Positions 1-12,893 of a DNA stretch of 64,000 bases are shown one piece after another; position 1 is the first letter of the stretch, and each line of letters begins with the position of its first letter. Below the pieces are notes generated by a model. The model did not search any database, was not told where the DNA came from, and saw only the letters and a list, made by a program, of their open reading frames with translations. Source of the stretch: Octopus bimaculoides (taxonomy: Eukaryota); contig NC_068990.1 in NCBI RefSeq assembly GCF_001194135.2, forward strand, positions 92,264,132 to 92,328,131, given 5' to 3'. The position numbers and the translations under genes were made by a program.

Positions 1-179
1 CTGTAGAGTTTTTTGTAAGCTTGTTTGTGTGTGCGTGTATGTGTCTGCATGTGCTGATGGGTTTGTTTGCCTGTGAGAGAGAAGCGTGTAGTTGCGTGTG
101 CAGACAATATTTGTACGTGGATGCGCTTGTGTGTGATTGTGTGTCATATCAATTTCTATCAGACAGACAAAAACTAGTG

Positions 180-284
180 GAACGGGGCAGTCTGTTGAAT
201 TGCTGCTGCTGCTGCACCCGACCAGGTCGCTTTGAACAGCAGACTCGTGGAGAGAGAGGCAGTCAATCGAAGAGATGGACTGAT
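180..284 (-). other. GC-rich island, possible exon
   Basis: Non-repetitive island with (CTG)4 among microsatellites. Minus strand has a pyrimidine-rich acceptor (ctctgtcttgtctctctgtatttgactatcag); one frame reads PSLRLTASLSTSLLFKATWSGAAAAAIQQTAPFH*. No family recognised. Confidence 0.15.
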
Positions 285-379
285 AGTCAAATACAGAGAG
301 AGACAAGACAGAGGCTGTCAGATAGACAACGACATTGAGGTAGGCAGGCAACAGCTAGGCATCTCGACAAATTATGTAA

Positions 380-454
380 TACACACACACACACACATAT
401 ATATATACGCACACACATGAATGTGTGTATAANNNNNNNNNNNNNNNNNNNNNN

Positions 455-500
<46 letters not shown>

Positions 501-604
501 TCCACACACACACAGGTATATATACACACACACACATACACATATATATAGACATATATATATATACACACACACCCCACACATATATGTACATATATAT
601 ATAG

Positions 605-647
<43 letters not shown>

Positions 648-717
648 CGCACACACATGAATGTGTGTATAAGTGTATGTCAGTGTGCCTGCTTCAATGT
701 GTATGTATGCATATATG

Positions 718-768
<51 letters not shown>

Positions 769-790
769 ATTGTGTATGTATGTATATATA
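380..790. repeat. (CA)n/(TA)n compound microsatellite
   Basis: Direct inspection; contains a small N gap. Confidence 0.95.
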
Positions 791-1112
791 TGTATGTGTG
801 CATATATGTATAATTGTGTTGGTGTTAGGTAAAACATTATATAGTACAAGCCCTACACTTTTAAAAAACCCAAAGATTCATATGTAGTAGTACTGCAAAC
901 ATACTTAACGTAGTGTGCCAAGGCATTTTAATTCACCCTTTAACTATGAAATTAAATTTCATGTTTTTCCTAGTGTTAAATATCTACCAAAAAGCACAAC
1001 TGGTAATTTCTGCATGTCAGGCTGACTCAATAAATTTGACATATCTCAACAAAGTATATCTTCAAAACATGACATTTTTCAGCAAAAGATAAATTGGTAT
1101 ATAAACCTGCAT

Positions 1113-1164
1113 TCTGCAGTGGATATATCTGATTTCTGCAGTGGATATATCTGATTTCTGCAGT
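1113..1164. repeat. 22-bp tandem duplication
   Basis: TCTGCAGTGGATATATCTGATT x2 plus a partial third copy. Confidence 0.9.
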
Positions 1165-1689
1165 TAAAGTTTAGATTTCCATTCCACAAGTAAAGTGGTA
1201 TTAAAAATTATCCGTAAGATTAATTCTGGTCCAGGAAGACAAGTGAGATATCTGTGAAATTAAAATTTTAAAACAAAAACTATGGAATGCAATGGCGACT
1301 GAGTGTGATCTTTAACCAGTGATAGAAATGAGGGGCTGATGCTGGGAGAACAACATTTTGCTAGTCTTCAGTTCACCAGGAGGGGCTTATGGTACCCCTT
1401 CTTCCCAATCTCAGTCTCACAGAAATTAGTGTACCCCTAGTTCATAAAATCCATTTCCATTGCTGTCTTTAGCAGTATGGTGACAACTCTGGATGATGCT
1501 AAAATCTTATTAGGATTCCTCAACAATGTCTAGTGTTACGGGTACCATTCCCTCTAAGCTGGGTACATGCACATACATTTTGTAACCAATTCGCAGAAAA
1601 AATTAATGTCTGCATAACAAAACACTGAATTACTATGTGTTCAAAAGGTTACTTCTTAACAATAACATGGAAATTTTAAAATGTTTCTG

Positions 1690-1860
1690 ATATAGGAACA
1701 AAGCCAATTTTGAGGGGAGGGGATTACATCAATCTGCATTACTTGACTGCTACTTCATTCTATTGATCCTGAGGGGAGGAAAAGCAAAAATTGACCTTGG
1801 TGGAATTTGAACTCAGAACGTAAGAGCACATTCATTCTGACACTAACAATTCTACTAATG
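1690..1860 (-). mobile_element. tRNA-derived SINE type M, degenerate
   Basis: Reverse complement of the gttctgagttcaaattcc...aaggtcaatttt...cctc body seen in better copies at 16286 and 28405. Confidence 0.7.
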
Positions 1861-1974
1861 CTACTCCTGTAATAATTATATCTCTCTTCTACAGCAACAC
1901 AGCTGATTCTGTTACTCTATCATACTTTAGCCTCCCATCACCTGGTGTCATGTCACCTTCCTCAATACTACATC

Positions 1975-2105
1975 CTTCTCAGTTGAAGGGTCCTGTCTTG
2001 CAAGTTGCTTGGTGACCTCACTAGTGCTGGTGCCACATAGAATGCACCCTGTACACTCAATGAAATAGTCAGTATTAAGAAGTGCATCCAGCCATAGAAA
2101 CTACG
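1975..2105 (+). mobile_element. V-domain-like SINE fragment
   Basis: gtcctgtcttgcaag...cacctcactagtgctggtgccac...aagaagtgcatccagccatagaaa. Confidence 0.6.
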
Positions 2106-2129
2106 GCAGCGGCAGCGACGACGATGACG

Positions 2130-2260
2130 AAAAATACCTTAGGAATGAGAACCCAGGTTCAAAATTTTCCCAGGTCTGGAGGGTATATCAGCTGAAACAT
2201 GTTAACAACAAACAGGTTGAGGACAAATATCCGTCAAATGTAAATAACGTAAATAATGAA
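2130..2260 (+). mobile_element. Penelope-like pLTR family B, ribozyme core deleted
   Basis: Near-identical to 31990-32125 (aggaatgagaacccaggttc...gagggtatatcagc...ggacaaatatccgtcaaatgtaaataa) but lacks the gacacctgatgaag segment. Confidence 0.7.
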
Positions 2261-2850
2261 CATGAATGTACGTTGATGTCTATTTCATGTATATTCCATG
2301 CTCATTGGAATATTCCATGTATATTCCATGCTCATCAACACTAAAGCCACGTGATACCAATGTTGACATTTATAACTGGCCGCTCTGCACTTTCAAAGAG
2401 CTGTGGGATAAAGATATCTCTTAAAACCGGGAAGGGTTGACAACAGGAAGTGCATCCAACTGTACAATCTTTCTTTAAACAATAGTCCATCCAAACCCAC
2501 AGTAACAAAAAAACAAACAAACATTAAATGACTAGCTGTACATTTTATGTTATATGAAATAAGGAGTCTTTTTCACTCAAGGTCTAGGATTTGAATAACA
2601 TCATTGAAATCAAAAGTGTTGAAGACTTCACTGAAAATTAATAGTTAATGGAATAATTTATAAAAACAAACAAATAGTAATTGAATTTCAATGATTTAAT
2701 ATTGATTGAAAAGTGAAATATAACTTCTACTGAATAAAAAAGTGTTTGTCATTAGAACAAATGTGCTTGTTGAGAGATTGTTGGCAAAGATAAAGAAAGA
2801 AAACAAAACTTGTTATTTAATAACAACGATGATGATGATGACAACGATGG

Positions 2851-2882
<32 letters not shown>

Positions 2883-3554
2883 ATTTATTTTATATATTGT
2901 TACTGGAAACCATTAGTAGTTAATAAAGGATGATGATGATGGTGATGATGATGATGATGATGACTATGATAAAGAGAATGGTAATATTGAATGTTGAGAT
3001 TTTCACATTTGCACTCAATGAATCGCAGGTTATTGTGCCTTCCTTTGAGAAATTAATGAAGGGTTTGGTTGCAAATTATATCAGTTTGCTTCAATGTATT
3101 ATTATTAAAAAAAAAAAAGGAAACGAAAACAAGGAAAAGTCTGCAAACAAAAAGTTAAATCTTTTAGTTATAATAGGAGAAAATGTATGCACATTTTGCA
3201 TATGTGTGCGTGTGTGCGCATGTGTGTGTGTGTGTGTGCATGTGTGTATTTGTATGCATGTGTCAGGGAAGGGCCAAATAACTGATGTGTCAAAGAAACA
3301 TGCCTTAAGATATTCCGTCTGCCAAATTACATCCCTTTTAGAAGACTTAGACAATCAACAGAGATCGATAAATAAATACTAATCTATTTAATGGGATCAA
3401 TAAAATTGATTAAAATTCTTGAAAGATGTGCCCCAGCATGGCCATATACCAATGACTGAGACCAGTACAAATATAATAGTATGATATACAGAAATAAAAT
3501 ATTTATTTATTTTTAATCTGACTCAATTTCATTAATGCAGTCAATAGTTTGATG

Positions 3555-3860
3555 TACTGTGTCCAATGAAATATATCAGTCAGTGAATGTCCAGCCTTAT
3601 TGTGGTATAAATGTCCAGTGGTATGAAATCAATCAGTGTCTATATCAGCCTTACTGATATATTGTTCAGTGGTATGAAATCAATGTCCAGGCTTTATGAT
3701 CCATTGTGTCCAGAGGTATATACCAGAAAATGACAAACCTTATTGATTGTTTATGTCCAGTGATATATATCAATCAGTGCTCAGGCGTATTGATCAATTG
3801 TATCCAGAGGTATAGATCAGAAAACGATGAACCTTATCGACCTATTGTGTCCAGAAGAAA
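3555..3860. repeat. decaying minisatellite
   Basis: About nine recurrences of tgtccag(t/a)g(g/a)tat-like motifs; period about 45-50 bp. Confidence 0.65.
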
Positions 3861-4491
3861 TAGTACCTGCTCTGGATTAACAGATGAACTGAGCTGTATA
3901 AAGTGAAGTCTGCTCTCTAGAGACAAAACCCGATCCTCCAGGATCTTAAGTGATGAATTACAATACAAAATAGTTGACAATACAGAATAAGTTAAGTAAA
4001 ATGACCAAACTGAAGTCTAGATCTTGAACATGATGTAACAAAAAACCTCCCACCACAAGCTTAACTTCACTGGAACCACATCGATGACCGTGTAAAATAT
4101 AAGAGGCTTTCCTGCTGTATCTTGCACATTACACTCAACCACTCCAAGACTTTAATCACCATTTTACAACATTCACAAAAATTCCTTATTTGCAATTATA
4201 TAATAAATAAACAAATATTTCAATTCCAGATTTTTTTTTTCCCTGAAATTCTCTTCTATTTCCTGATATTTTATTTCATTCCCTGCAATCAGTTAGAATA
4301 CACAAAAAATAAATTATGTCTGTTTCAATGAACTTTTAAGACGCATTAAAAGCTTCATTTAATTTGTGGATAATGAAAGCATTTTTTTCCCCATTCCATT
4401 TTATATTGTCAAGTCTTTAGTGAAAGAATGGTTGACCTTTCTGATTCTTCTGTACAGTGACAACAATTACAGTTGTACAATTATAACTAAC

Positions 4492-4583
4492 CTCATATGA
4501 AGTAATCAGAACTGCCTCAATGGTTCACCATCATCTTCTGCAGTCTGCTGGCCTCTACACACGTTTCCATGAACTGCACACAA
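4492..4583 (-). other. candidate exon, non-coding or stop-containing
   Basis: attaattgccag|TTGTGTGCAG...CATATGAG|gttagt. All three frames hit stops. A second acceptor (ttctaactgattgcag|) lies at 4282. Confidence 0.2.
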
Positions 4584-5716
4584 CTGGCAATTAATACAAT
4601 GTGTGTGTGTGTATGTGTGTGCACACGTATGTGTGTGCATGTGAGTACATGTTTAAATCTAAATTTGTGCAAGCGCATATGTATGTAAGAGTGTACGTCA
4701 GTATTTACTTTGTTGTATAGGTTCACGTAGATGTGTTTGCGTGTGTTAGTGAATGTATTTCTGTTTAAGTAGCTCTATGTATGTGAATCAGAGTAAGTAT
4801 AAATCTGTATTTGAGTGAAAGTGTCAGGTCGGTGCATAATTATTGCAACTTTTTTGCAATAAATTTTTTTCAACAAAAAATTTAAACAAAACACCAATTT
4901 AAACAAAATGCCAAGTAGAAATAGAAGTAGATGGTGAATATGCTCCGGAATAATCATTTAAAGATCATCATCATCATCATCGTTTAATGTCCGCTTTCCA
5001 ACAATGATGATGATGATGATGATGAGTTCTTTTATTAGCCTGTTTTGAACCAAAGACCAGAGGATCAAAGCTGGTGGCACCTCTTTGGTCATAACTGCCA
5101 AATTACAAGTAACAAGGAGTGAAAAAGCAATAAATACTAAGGATAACAGAATATTCAGATCAGAATTTTAGAGGGAAAATGTACTGCTGGTTTATTTGAT
5201 TGGTACTCTGTTTTATCAAGAATTCTATTGATTGAGTGACTGGTTGATGAATTCATTTAGTGATTGATTAAACTAACTCACTGATTGATTGACTCACTGC
5301 TGGATTGATTGATTGATTGTCAGGCTACCTCAACAACTGATTAAGAAGTTGACTGACTGAATGAATAATTAATTGTTTGACTGACTGATAATACGGTAGG
5401 AATCTTTGAACAGCATCGCAGTTAAAACTGTTTCTTCTACAAAAGAACAGCTCCTTCATGAGTTACAAGAGACAGAAAGCCGCCATATTAGAAAATACCT
5501 GATGTCTTACTCGTCATTATATGACTAACACGTTACCAGTGTTTTTTTTTTTTTATCAGATGGATGATCTCACATACACATATACATACACATATACATA
5601 CACTTACATAAACCCAACCCATGTGCACAGAGAGACATACACAACTACTGCATACAAAAATGTATATAAACACATATATATACACATGCATAACACATGC
5701 ATCTTCACAGATACAT

Positions 5717-5719
5717 ATG

Positions 5720-5816
<97 letters not shown>

Positions 5817-5875
5817 TGAGATAGAGAGACAGAGAGATAGATAGATAGATAGATACCTATACATACACACATACA
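5717..5875. repeat. (TA)n-(TAGA)n microsatellite
   Basis: Direct inspection. Confidence 0.95.
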
Positions 5876-6427
5876 CACACTTATATATGTATGTATATAT
5901 GTGTGTATGCATATGTATGAGTGTGAGAGTATGTGTGTGTATGTATGTATGTATAAGCCAGTATACATGTCAACAAGTACGCATCTACTTTCACACGCTT
6001 ATAAACGCATCTACCCTTGCATGTACACACAATTGCATCTATCCATCCATTCAACCAAACATACATACATACGTATAGAACCACATTTGCCCTCAAACAT
6101 GAATCTACTGAGAGAGACAGCAAGGGATTTAATACAAACTCTCACTCTCATAGATACACACTCACCCAACAGTAGCAGCAGCATGTACACTCATATATAC
6201 ACACACACATACTCTTGCAGTAGCATACATACACATGGATCAGGTGCAGAAGAGAGTGGCATGTATATTCACGTGTGTACACACACATGCACGCACTCAT
6301 ACACACACGCAAACACCCACATACACACACTCACTGTGAATGACTTCTGCTCAATGAACTAGAATAAATTTAAGAGAGAGAGGGAGGAGAGAAAGAGGTA
6401 GAGAAAGTCAAAGGGAAGAGAGGAAGG

Positions 6428-6475
6428 TAGATAGATAGACAGATAGGTAGATAGACAGATAGATAGATAGATAGG

Positions 6476-6510
<35 letters not shown>

Positions 6511-6616
6511 GTAGGTAGATAGATAGATAGATAGATAGGTAGGTAGATAGATAGATAGATAGATAGGCAGAGAGGTAGATAGATAGATAGATAGATNNNN
6601 NNNNNNGGCAGAGAGG

Positions 6617-6690
<74 letters not shown>

Positions 6691-6717
6691 TACAGACAGG
6701 CATACAGACAGACAGAC

Positions 6718-6755
<38 letters not shown>
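6428..6755. repeat. (TAGA)n/(CAGA)n microsatellite
   Basis: Direct inspection. Confidence 0.95.
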
Positions 6756-7003
6756 GGAGAGAAAGAGAGAGAGAGTAACAGAGGGGAGAAAGAGAGAAAG
6801 ACAGGGAAAGAAAGAGAAAGGTGGATAGGTGAGAAGGAGAGAAAGATAAAGAGACAGAGGTAGGGATAGAGAGGAAGACAGAGAGAAAAAAAGGGAAGGA
6901 ACAGAAACAGAGTGGGGGAAAAGAGAGAGAAAGACAGAAGGAAAGAATGAGAAAGACAGAGGACAGAGAGAGAGATGGGGGGGAGGTCTCTTGAGAGGAA
7001 TAC

Positions 7004-7104
7004 CTCGTTAATGTGATGTAGCCAGTCTGCTTGTCTGCAAGTGGCAAGTCAAGATATTTCCTACTGATATTGCCCTCCAAGAAACGGCGAATAATCTCCA
7101 AATT
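7004..7104 (-). CDS. candidate internal coding exon, unknown protein
   Basis: ttttatttag|AAT TTG...ACG AG|gtattc. 101 nt, phase 0 to 2, reading [33 protein letters not shown]. The end loosely resembles the cadherin D-x-x-T-G-x-I-T-L strand, which is not diagnostic. Confidence 0.3.
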
Positions 7105-7631
7105 CTAAATAAAACGACTCCTGCTAGATTCACAGAACTATTTTGATCAATACTATTCAGTACAGCCTCGTAAGAAATGAGGGTTGAAGCTATTTGTAAT
7201 GGCAAGTGGAGGAGAGGATGTCGGGTTTATTTCTTTTCTCCATACATCTGCACAGATTTCGTCTGCTTTTGGAATCTATTTACATACAACGTTCTCCTTC
7301 CTCCTCCCTTCCCCCCTCTCTCTGCACATACATAAATACACACACACACACACACATATATAAATGATATATGTGTACATACATATGCGGTGGTGCTCCA
7401 GCATGACCGCAGCCGCATGGCTAAAACAAATTATACAGAATGCATACGTAGAGAGACAGAGACACAAGTTTGGTAGTGTGGTTAAGAAGTTCTCTTCACA
7501 ACCACGTGATTCCGAGTTCAGTTCCACTCAGTGACACCTTGAGCTAATGTCTTTTATGATAAGCAGACATCGACTAATGCTTCGTGAATGACCGTGAAAG
7601 AATGTGTGTGCGTGCGTGTGTGTGTGGGGGG

Positions 7632-8339
7632 NNNNNNNNNNNNNNNNNNNNNNNNNNNNNNNNNNNNNNNNNNNNNNNNNNNNNNNNNNNNNNNNNNNNN
7701 NNNNNNNNNNNNNNNNNNNNNNNNNNNNNNNNNNNNNNNNNNNNNNNNNNNNNNNNNNNNNNNNNNNNNNNNNNNNNNNNNNNNNNNNNNNNNNNNNNNN
7801 NNNNNNNNNNNNNNNNNNNNNNNNNNNNNNNNNNNNNNNNNNNNNNNNNNNNNNNNNNNNNNNNNNNNNNNNNNNNNNNNNNNNNNNNNNNNNNNNNNNN
7901 NNNNNNNNNNNNNNNNNNNNNNNNNNNNNNNNNNNNNNNNNNNNNNNNNNNNNNNNNNNNNNNNNNNNNNNNNNNNNNNNNNNNNNNNNNNNNNNNNNNN
8001 NNNNNNNNNNNNNNNNNNNNNNNNNNNNNNNNNNNNNNNNNNNNNNNNNNNNNNNNNNNNNNNNNNNNNNNNNNNNNNNNNNNNNNNNNNNNNNNNNNNN
8101 NNNNNNNNNNNNNNNNNNNNNNNNNNNNNNNNNNNNNNNNNNNNNNNNNNNNNNNNNNNNNNNNNNNNNNNNNNNNNNNNNNNNNNNNNNNNNNNNNNNN
8201 NNNNNNNNNNNNNNNNNNNNNNNNNNNNNNNNNNNNNNNNNNNNNNNNNNNNNNNNNNNNNNNNNNNNNNNNNNNNNNNNNNNNNNNNNNNNNNNNNNNN
8301 NNNNNNNNNNNNNNNNNNNNNNNNNNNNNNNNNNNNNNN
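7632..8339. other. assembly gap (one of many N runs)
   Basis: N run. Other large gaps start near 17292, 29561, 35885, 45116, 50238, 52571, 58479 and 62809, mostly inside microsatellites. Confidence 1.
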
Positions 8340-8550
8340 TATATATAATACAAATAATAAATGAGTATATGCATATATACGTACATATATGTACATACCT
8401 ACATCTACATGTATATATAGATGCATATCTGGGTGCAGGACGTTGCAAGAAAACGTGGACAAAATGATAAACGGAGTACAGAAAACATAGATCCCTCAAA
8501 TACCAGAGGTAGAGTAATATGCTTTATTAAAAAGCAGCAGAAATATAACA

Positions 8551-8596
8551 AAAGCTGTTACTCAGAGTTTCACGTTCCCGTTCGTCAGACAGTTTT
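8551..8596 (-). ncRNA. type I minimal hammerhead ribozyme, core intact
   Basis: Minus strand reads AAAA-CUGU-CUGACGA-ACG(GGAA)CGU-GAAAC-UCUGA-GUA/ACAG-CUUU. Stem I is CUGU:ACAG, stem II is ACG:CGU, stem III is the quasi-palindrome ACUC-U-GAGU, and the cleavage triplet is GUA. Confidence 0.8.
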
Positions 8597-8602
8597 GTTA
8601 GA

Positions 8603-8648
8603 AAAACTGTCCAACGAACGGGAACGTGAAACTCTGAGTAACAGTTTT
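8603..8648 (+). pseudogene. hammerhead ribozyme copy with mutated core
   Basis: AAAACUGU-CCAACGA-ACG(GGAA)CGU-GAAAC-UCUGA-GUA-ACAGUUUU. Stem I is a perfect 8 bp, but CUGACGA is changed to CCAACGA. Confidence 0.75.
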
Positions 8649-8699
8649 TGTGATATTTCTGCTGCTTATTAATAAAGTATATGTATGTATGTTTGTTTG

Positions 8700-8870
8700 T
8701 TTAGGTCCTCATAACCTAGCGCTTCGCCAAAAGATACCGATAGAAAAAGTAACAGGCTTTAAAAGATAAAAAAAGTAGTGGGGTCGATTCGCTCGACTAA
8801 AACCCTTCAAGGCGGTGCTCCAGCATGGCCGAAGTCTAATGACTGAAACAAAAGAAATAAAGGAAATATA
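8700..8870 (+). mobile_element. SINE type A 3' part
   Basis: ttcgccaaaagataccgataga...ggggtcgattcgctcgactaaaacccttcaaggcggtgctccagcatggcc...gactgaaaca. Confidence 0.85.
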
Positions 8871-11800
8871 CATGAAATAGAGAAAAGGGAAAACATAGAA
8901 AATAGATGAGCGGGGGGTGGGGGAGAAGCAAATATAATTCAAGAGAAAGTGAAAGAGAAAAATGCAAATACTTAAAGTTAAGCCAAATCTAGATTATCTA
9001 TAGTTGTGCTTGTTGATATTATTGCATTATATTCGATTCTGAAAGTTAGTGAAATATTTCAGTGAGCGATTGGCAGAAAATCCTCTCAGGAAACTACTGA
9101 AATCTAGCGTAAGATAATATCTGATTGTATTGAAGCAGCAAAGATTTCCAGTAGATTTAAAATGTCCACTGATGTATTCAGCTGTAAATAATATTTTTTT
9201 TTTCTTTTTAATTTTGCAGAATATAGGGGCGGAGTTTTGGAATAACTATCTCTACTTCATGAGGAAGATTAGGGCAAAGAGCTAGGAATCTCCTTTTCTT
9301 TTGTCTTTACCTTTTTTATAATTTTTTAGTATTCTTGTATATTGAACGGAAATTACGGTCCTCAAAGATTCCCCCCACCAAAAAAAAATTTTTCATTTTT
9401 TTAATATTTTGCTCTCCCAATTCTGTGTCCTTTTTCACCATGAGGTATTGATAGCTACTTCAAAACTTCATTTTAAGTGTGTATTAAGATTTTATTAAGA
9501 AATTATACGGTTAATTTCTTCAATTAAAATCGATTTCATCTTGAAAACTTACTGTGCACACATTTCTTTTACCTTCGTACGCTAATTGTAAAAAATGTGT
9601 ACGCCCACATCTACGGGGTCGACTTTTCGGGGGTCTCTGAAATAAGTACCAGTCAAATAATGAGGTCAATGAAATCAATTAGTCACCTGCATTAAAATTC
9701 CAGGCTTTGCGCGTATAGTGGAAAGGAATATTTATCATCGTCACTGGAGTTACTAGTAAAAGCGTGTATTTTATGAGGTCGTGGGTTTCAGGAAAAATAT
9801 CGGATTTCTTTGAAATTGAATGCTTTTCTTTGTTGTATGAGTTACGTAAGAAGGTGAGGAGTATTTCCAATTGTTTTCTCCTCCACAAATAGAAAAATAA
9901 AGTAACACTCGCTCAGGCAAACACGTTTGCTGAAATAAACAGGTGGCATCGTCTTTCTTGCGGCCGAGGAAAAGAGCGCGTTGCTCCTTGGTCTGACTGA
10001 CACAAAAGAAGAAGAGACAGGAACTGTTCTCTATTATGTAGACTATGGTCGGTAATGTAGGTCAAACCCTAAACAAAAAACTGACCTTTCCTTGACCAGT
10101 ACAGGTCCTAGGGAGTCGAGTGTTTCCTCATCAATCATCTGGTGTGGAGAGGATTTCCCTCTCGCCCTGACAAGCAACAAGCAGGTAGACCTGGGCCCCA
10201 AATCTCAGACAGGGTCAAGCTAGACCCCTACAAATATATCGAAAGACGAAATGGGAAGAAAGAGAGAAGTTTTATAAACCCACAAAAGAGCAGTTGGAAG
10301 ACGTTCCAAGAGCGAAGTATGGAATGATATTTAAATCCATTAAACTTGGTTAAGACATACAGAAGCATGGACCGAGTCTTTAGGACCGAAGACAAGAGGA
10401 CTAGGGGCGGAGGACCATCTTTAGTCATGTTTCTTTCTATTCAGATTTCAATCCCAGTGATGTCAACGTTGCTCGTACTTCTTGTGGAATCAATAGAATA
10501 AATACCAGTTACACATCAACTAAGTTTTATCGTCTATACATTATACATAACCCACTTGGTCCATAATTAGAAGTTCTCTGAGAAAGGAATCTGTTTCTCT
10601 AATTTGTTCATATTTTCTGAGAATATTCTGGATGTTTTTTTTTTGATTTTTTGTAATTTATGTTTTCTTGTCTGTAATCTCCAGTTTCTCTTCTGTTTGT
10701 TTATTGAAAATGTAGGACTTGCATATATATTTGGGGAATTTGAAAGAAGAAAAACATTCTTATAAAACATGAAAGTACTTTAAACATCCATAACTAAATA
10801 ACTCTCGTTTCCCTACCACCATTACTATTAAAAACATGCAAGTCTCACTGAATATAAATAAATACACACAGAATATATACACTGTTACACGCGCGCGCGC
10901 ACACACACACACATGCATATCATATAAATCAATATAAATAAACATGTATAACTAACTACATCATCTCCATCACTAGATTGCCAATTGCCTGCAATGCTGT
11001 AGGAAAATTATTTTTCCATAAATATCATTTTTCTTTCTTTTTAATAAGTTGTAAAGAAAGCAAAAAATAAAGATACTTCGCCTTCGGGGATTAAAAATCC
11101 CAGTTAAATACAAAACAGAACGAGAAAGAACGTGATGAAATAAATATATAATCGTGATTTAGAATTTTTTTTAACGCAAAATATTATTCACAGCCAAATT
11201 TAAACGTAATTTATTTGCGCAAAAATATGAGGCGTATATTTTTCTAGTTCGCTTTTCGTTAAATCTACATTACTCGTTTTACCAAACGGAATCCACTGAA
11301 GATTTGGTAGAAGACATTTTCCGAAAGAACCGCGCACAGAGATCGAACCCCAAACCAATACTTATTCTATTGGACTCTCTGCAGAACCACTAAGTTACGG
11401 GGATGTAAACAAACCAACACTTGTGAAACAGTGAGCAACAAATACGAAAACAAAGACACACATATGCGCATATTAAAACAAAAACTGGAATTTATGCTAT
11501 CATCTTTAACTCTGTAGTCACAGTTGTTTCAATACAACACGGGAAATCCATTTCATCTTATAACAATTTCGCTTGTTCCTTCGTTACTAAGCTCGTCCGC
11601 AACACTTTCACGTGATTAGTTGGAGGGAAAGGTGAAGAGTGAGAGAAAAAGAGGGAGAAAGAAAAAGAAAGAGAAAAAGAGGGTAAGGCGATGAGTGAGA
11701 GGAAGAGGAGAGTGCTGAGTATTAAGTCTATAAAATTGTGCATGAAGTATATAAAGTAATCATTGTATTCCAATTTCCTTCACTTTTCAATGATTAGTAG

Positions 11801-12199
11801 ATGAGTGACTACCTTTCCATAGAGACACAACACAGGCTACGGTTTCAGGTTTTTTGGATAAAGTTTTCAGAGATAACCCAATAAGTTTACCATTAATTCC
11901 GTGAAATATTCATGGGTCCCGCTCGTAAGCATAAATATAATAAATATATTTTATAATATATATATCGCAGACCTATATATATATATATATATATATATAA
12001 ATATATAAATATATATGTATATATATACACACACACATATATACATACGCGCGCGTGCGTACGTGCGTGCATACGCGTGTGTTTACTCACAAACGCACTC
12101 ATATATACGACGGACTTCAGCATAGTTTTTCTTTATTATTTATCTTTAATCTTCCTCCCTAACTGAAATACTGACCACACACAGAGAATATTTTCATGA

Positions 12200-12830
12200 A
12201 CAATTTGGCAAGCTGATTCTCTGCTTCACCAGTAACTTCAACAGCGACACCAGTTATTCCCATTGCTTATTTTATGGTGGGAAAAAAAAAAAACTGCATC
12301 GTTTGCCTTCTTCGGACCTTGTCGCGGCACTCGACAGGTGAATCATATGCAACCTCCAAAATGTTGCAGTCGGCAAAAGTATTAGTGACATTGGTGTCTT
12401 ATATAGAAAACAGGTCATCCTGTTCAAACATTTGCCATCACCGTAGTCCAGTCAAATCCGTGGCTACCAATATCGTAAGATAGGTCTACCAATATGAAAG
12501 GTGATTTGTTAATACATTATTGACTTCAGCATTTCAGGGTCATCTCCGGCACTGAAATGAAGCGACTACATAACCTTCTATATCGATCTCTCTAATACAA
12601 CAACACTTTAACATTCAGCACGAGTCCAATTTCGAAGAGTCACACCAATTTGGTAGGCACTGTTGTCCAGCTTGATACCCTCGGTCTGGCACACGAGGAG
12701 GGAATTGAGCCAAATACCGTTCCGTAGTTGATGTGCAGCAGACAACAGTGCCAGATTTTTCTCATTTGTGTATCTTGCAAGCAAAACACACTTCTCATGC
12801 TTCTCAATAACTCGCATCCCAAAATTCGTT
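12200..12830 (-). mobile_element. CRE-like non-LTR retrotransposon 3' remnant (restriction-like endonuclease)
   Basis: Frameshifted minus-strand peptides LRNGIWLNSLLVCQTEGIKLDNSAYQIGVTLR, DYGDGKCLNRMT (cf. DGKRPDG), DTNVTNTFADCNI and AATRSEEGKR follow the post-RT/RLE motif order of CRE-type elements. Confidence 0.75.
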
Positions 12831-12851
12831 GTTTCTTTACACACACACACA

Positions 12852-12893
<42 letters not shown>

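Larger units (their letters stand above)
8423..8682. mobile_element. Penelope-like non-autonomous element family A with inverted repeat
   Basis: 80-bp inverted arms at 8517-8596 and 8603-8682 (6 mismatches, 6-nt spacer), each carrying a hammerhead motif. The first ~40 bp (gcatat.tgggt.caggac.ttgcaa..aaacgt.gac) are shared with the element at 36305. Confidence 0.75.

Noticed and set aside
3826-4200. Long frame if TGA is read as Trp (possible NUMT)
   Set aside because: Several TAA/TAG stops remain and no mitochondrial protein motif was recognised.
9940-10430. Higher-complexity block with short ORFs
   Set aside because: Stops in all frames and no recognisable motif; possibly an old TE fragment, unassignable without a search.
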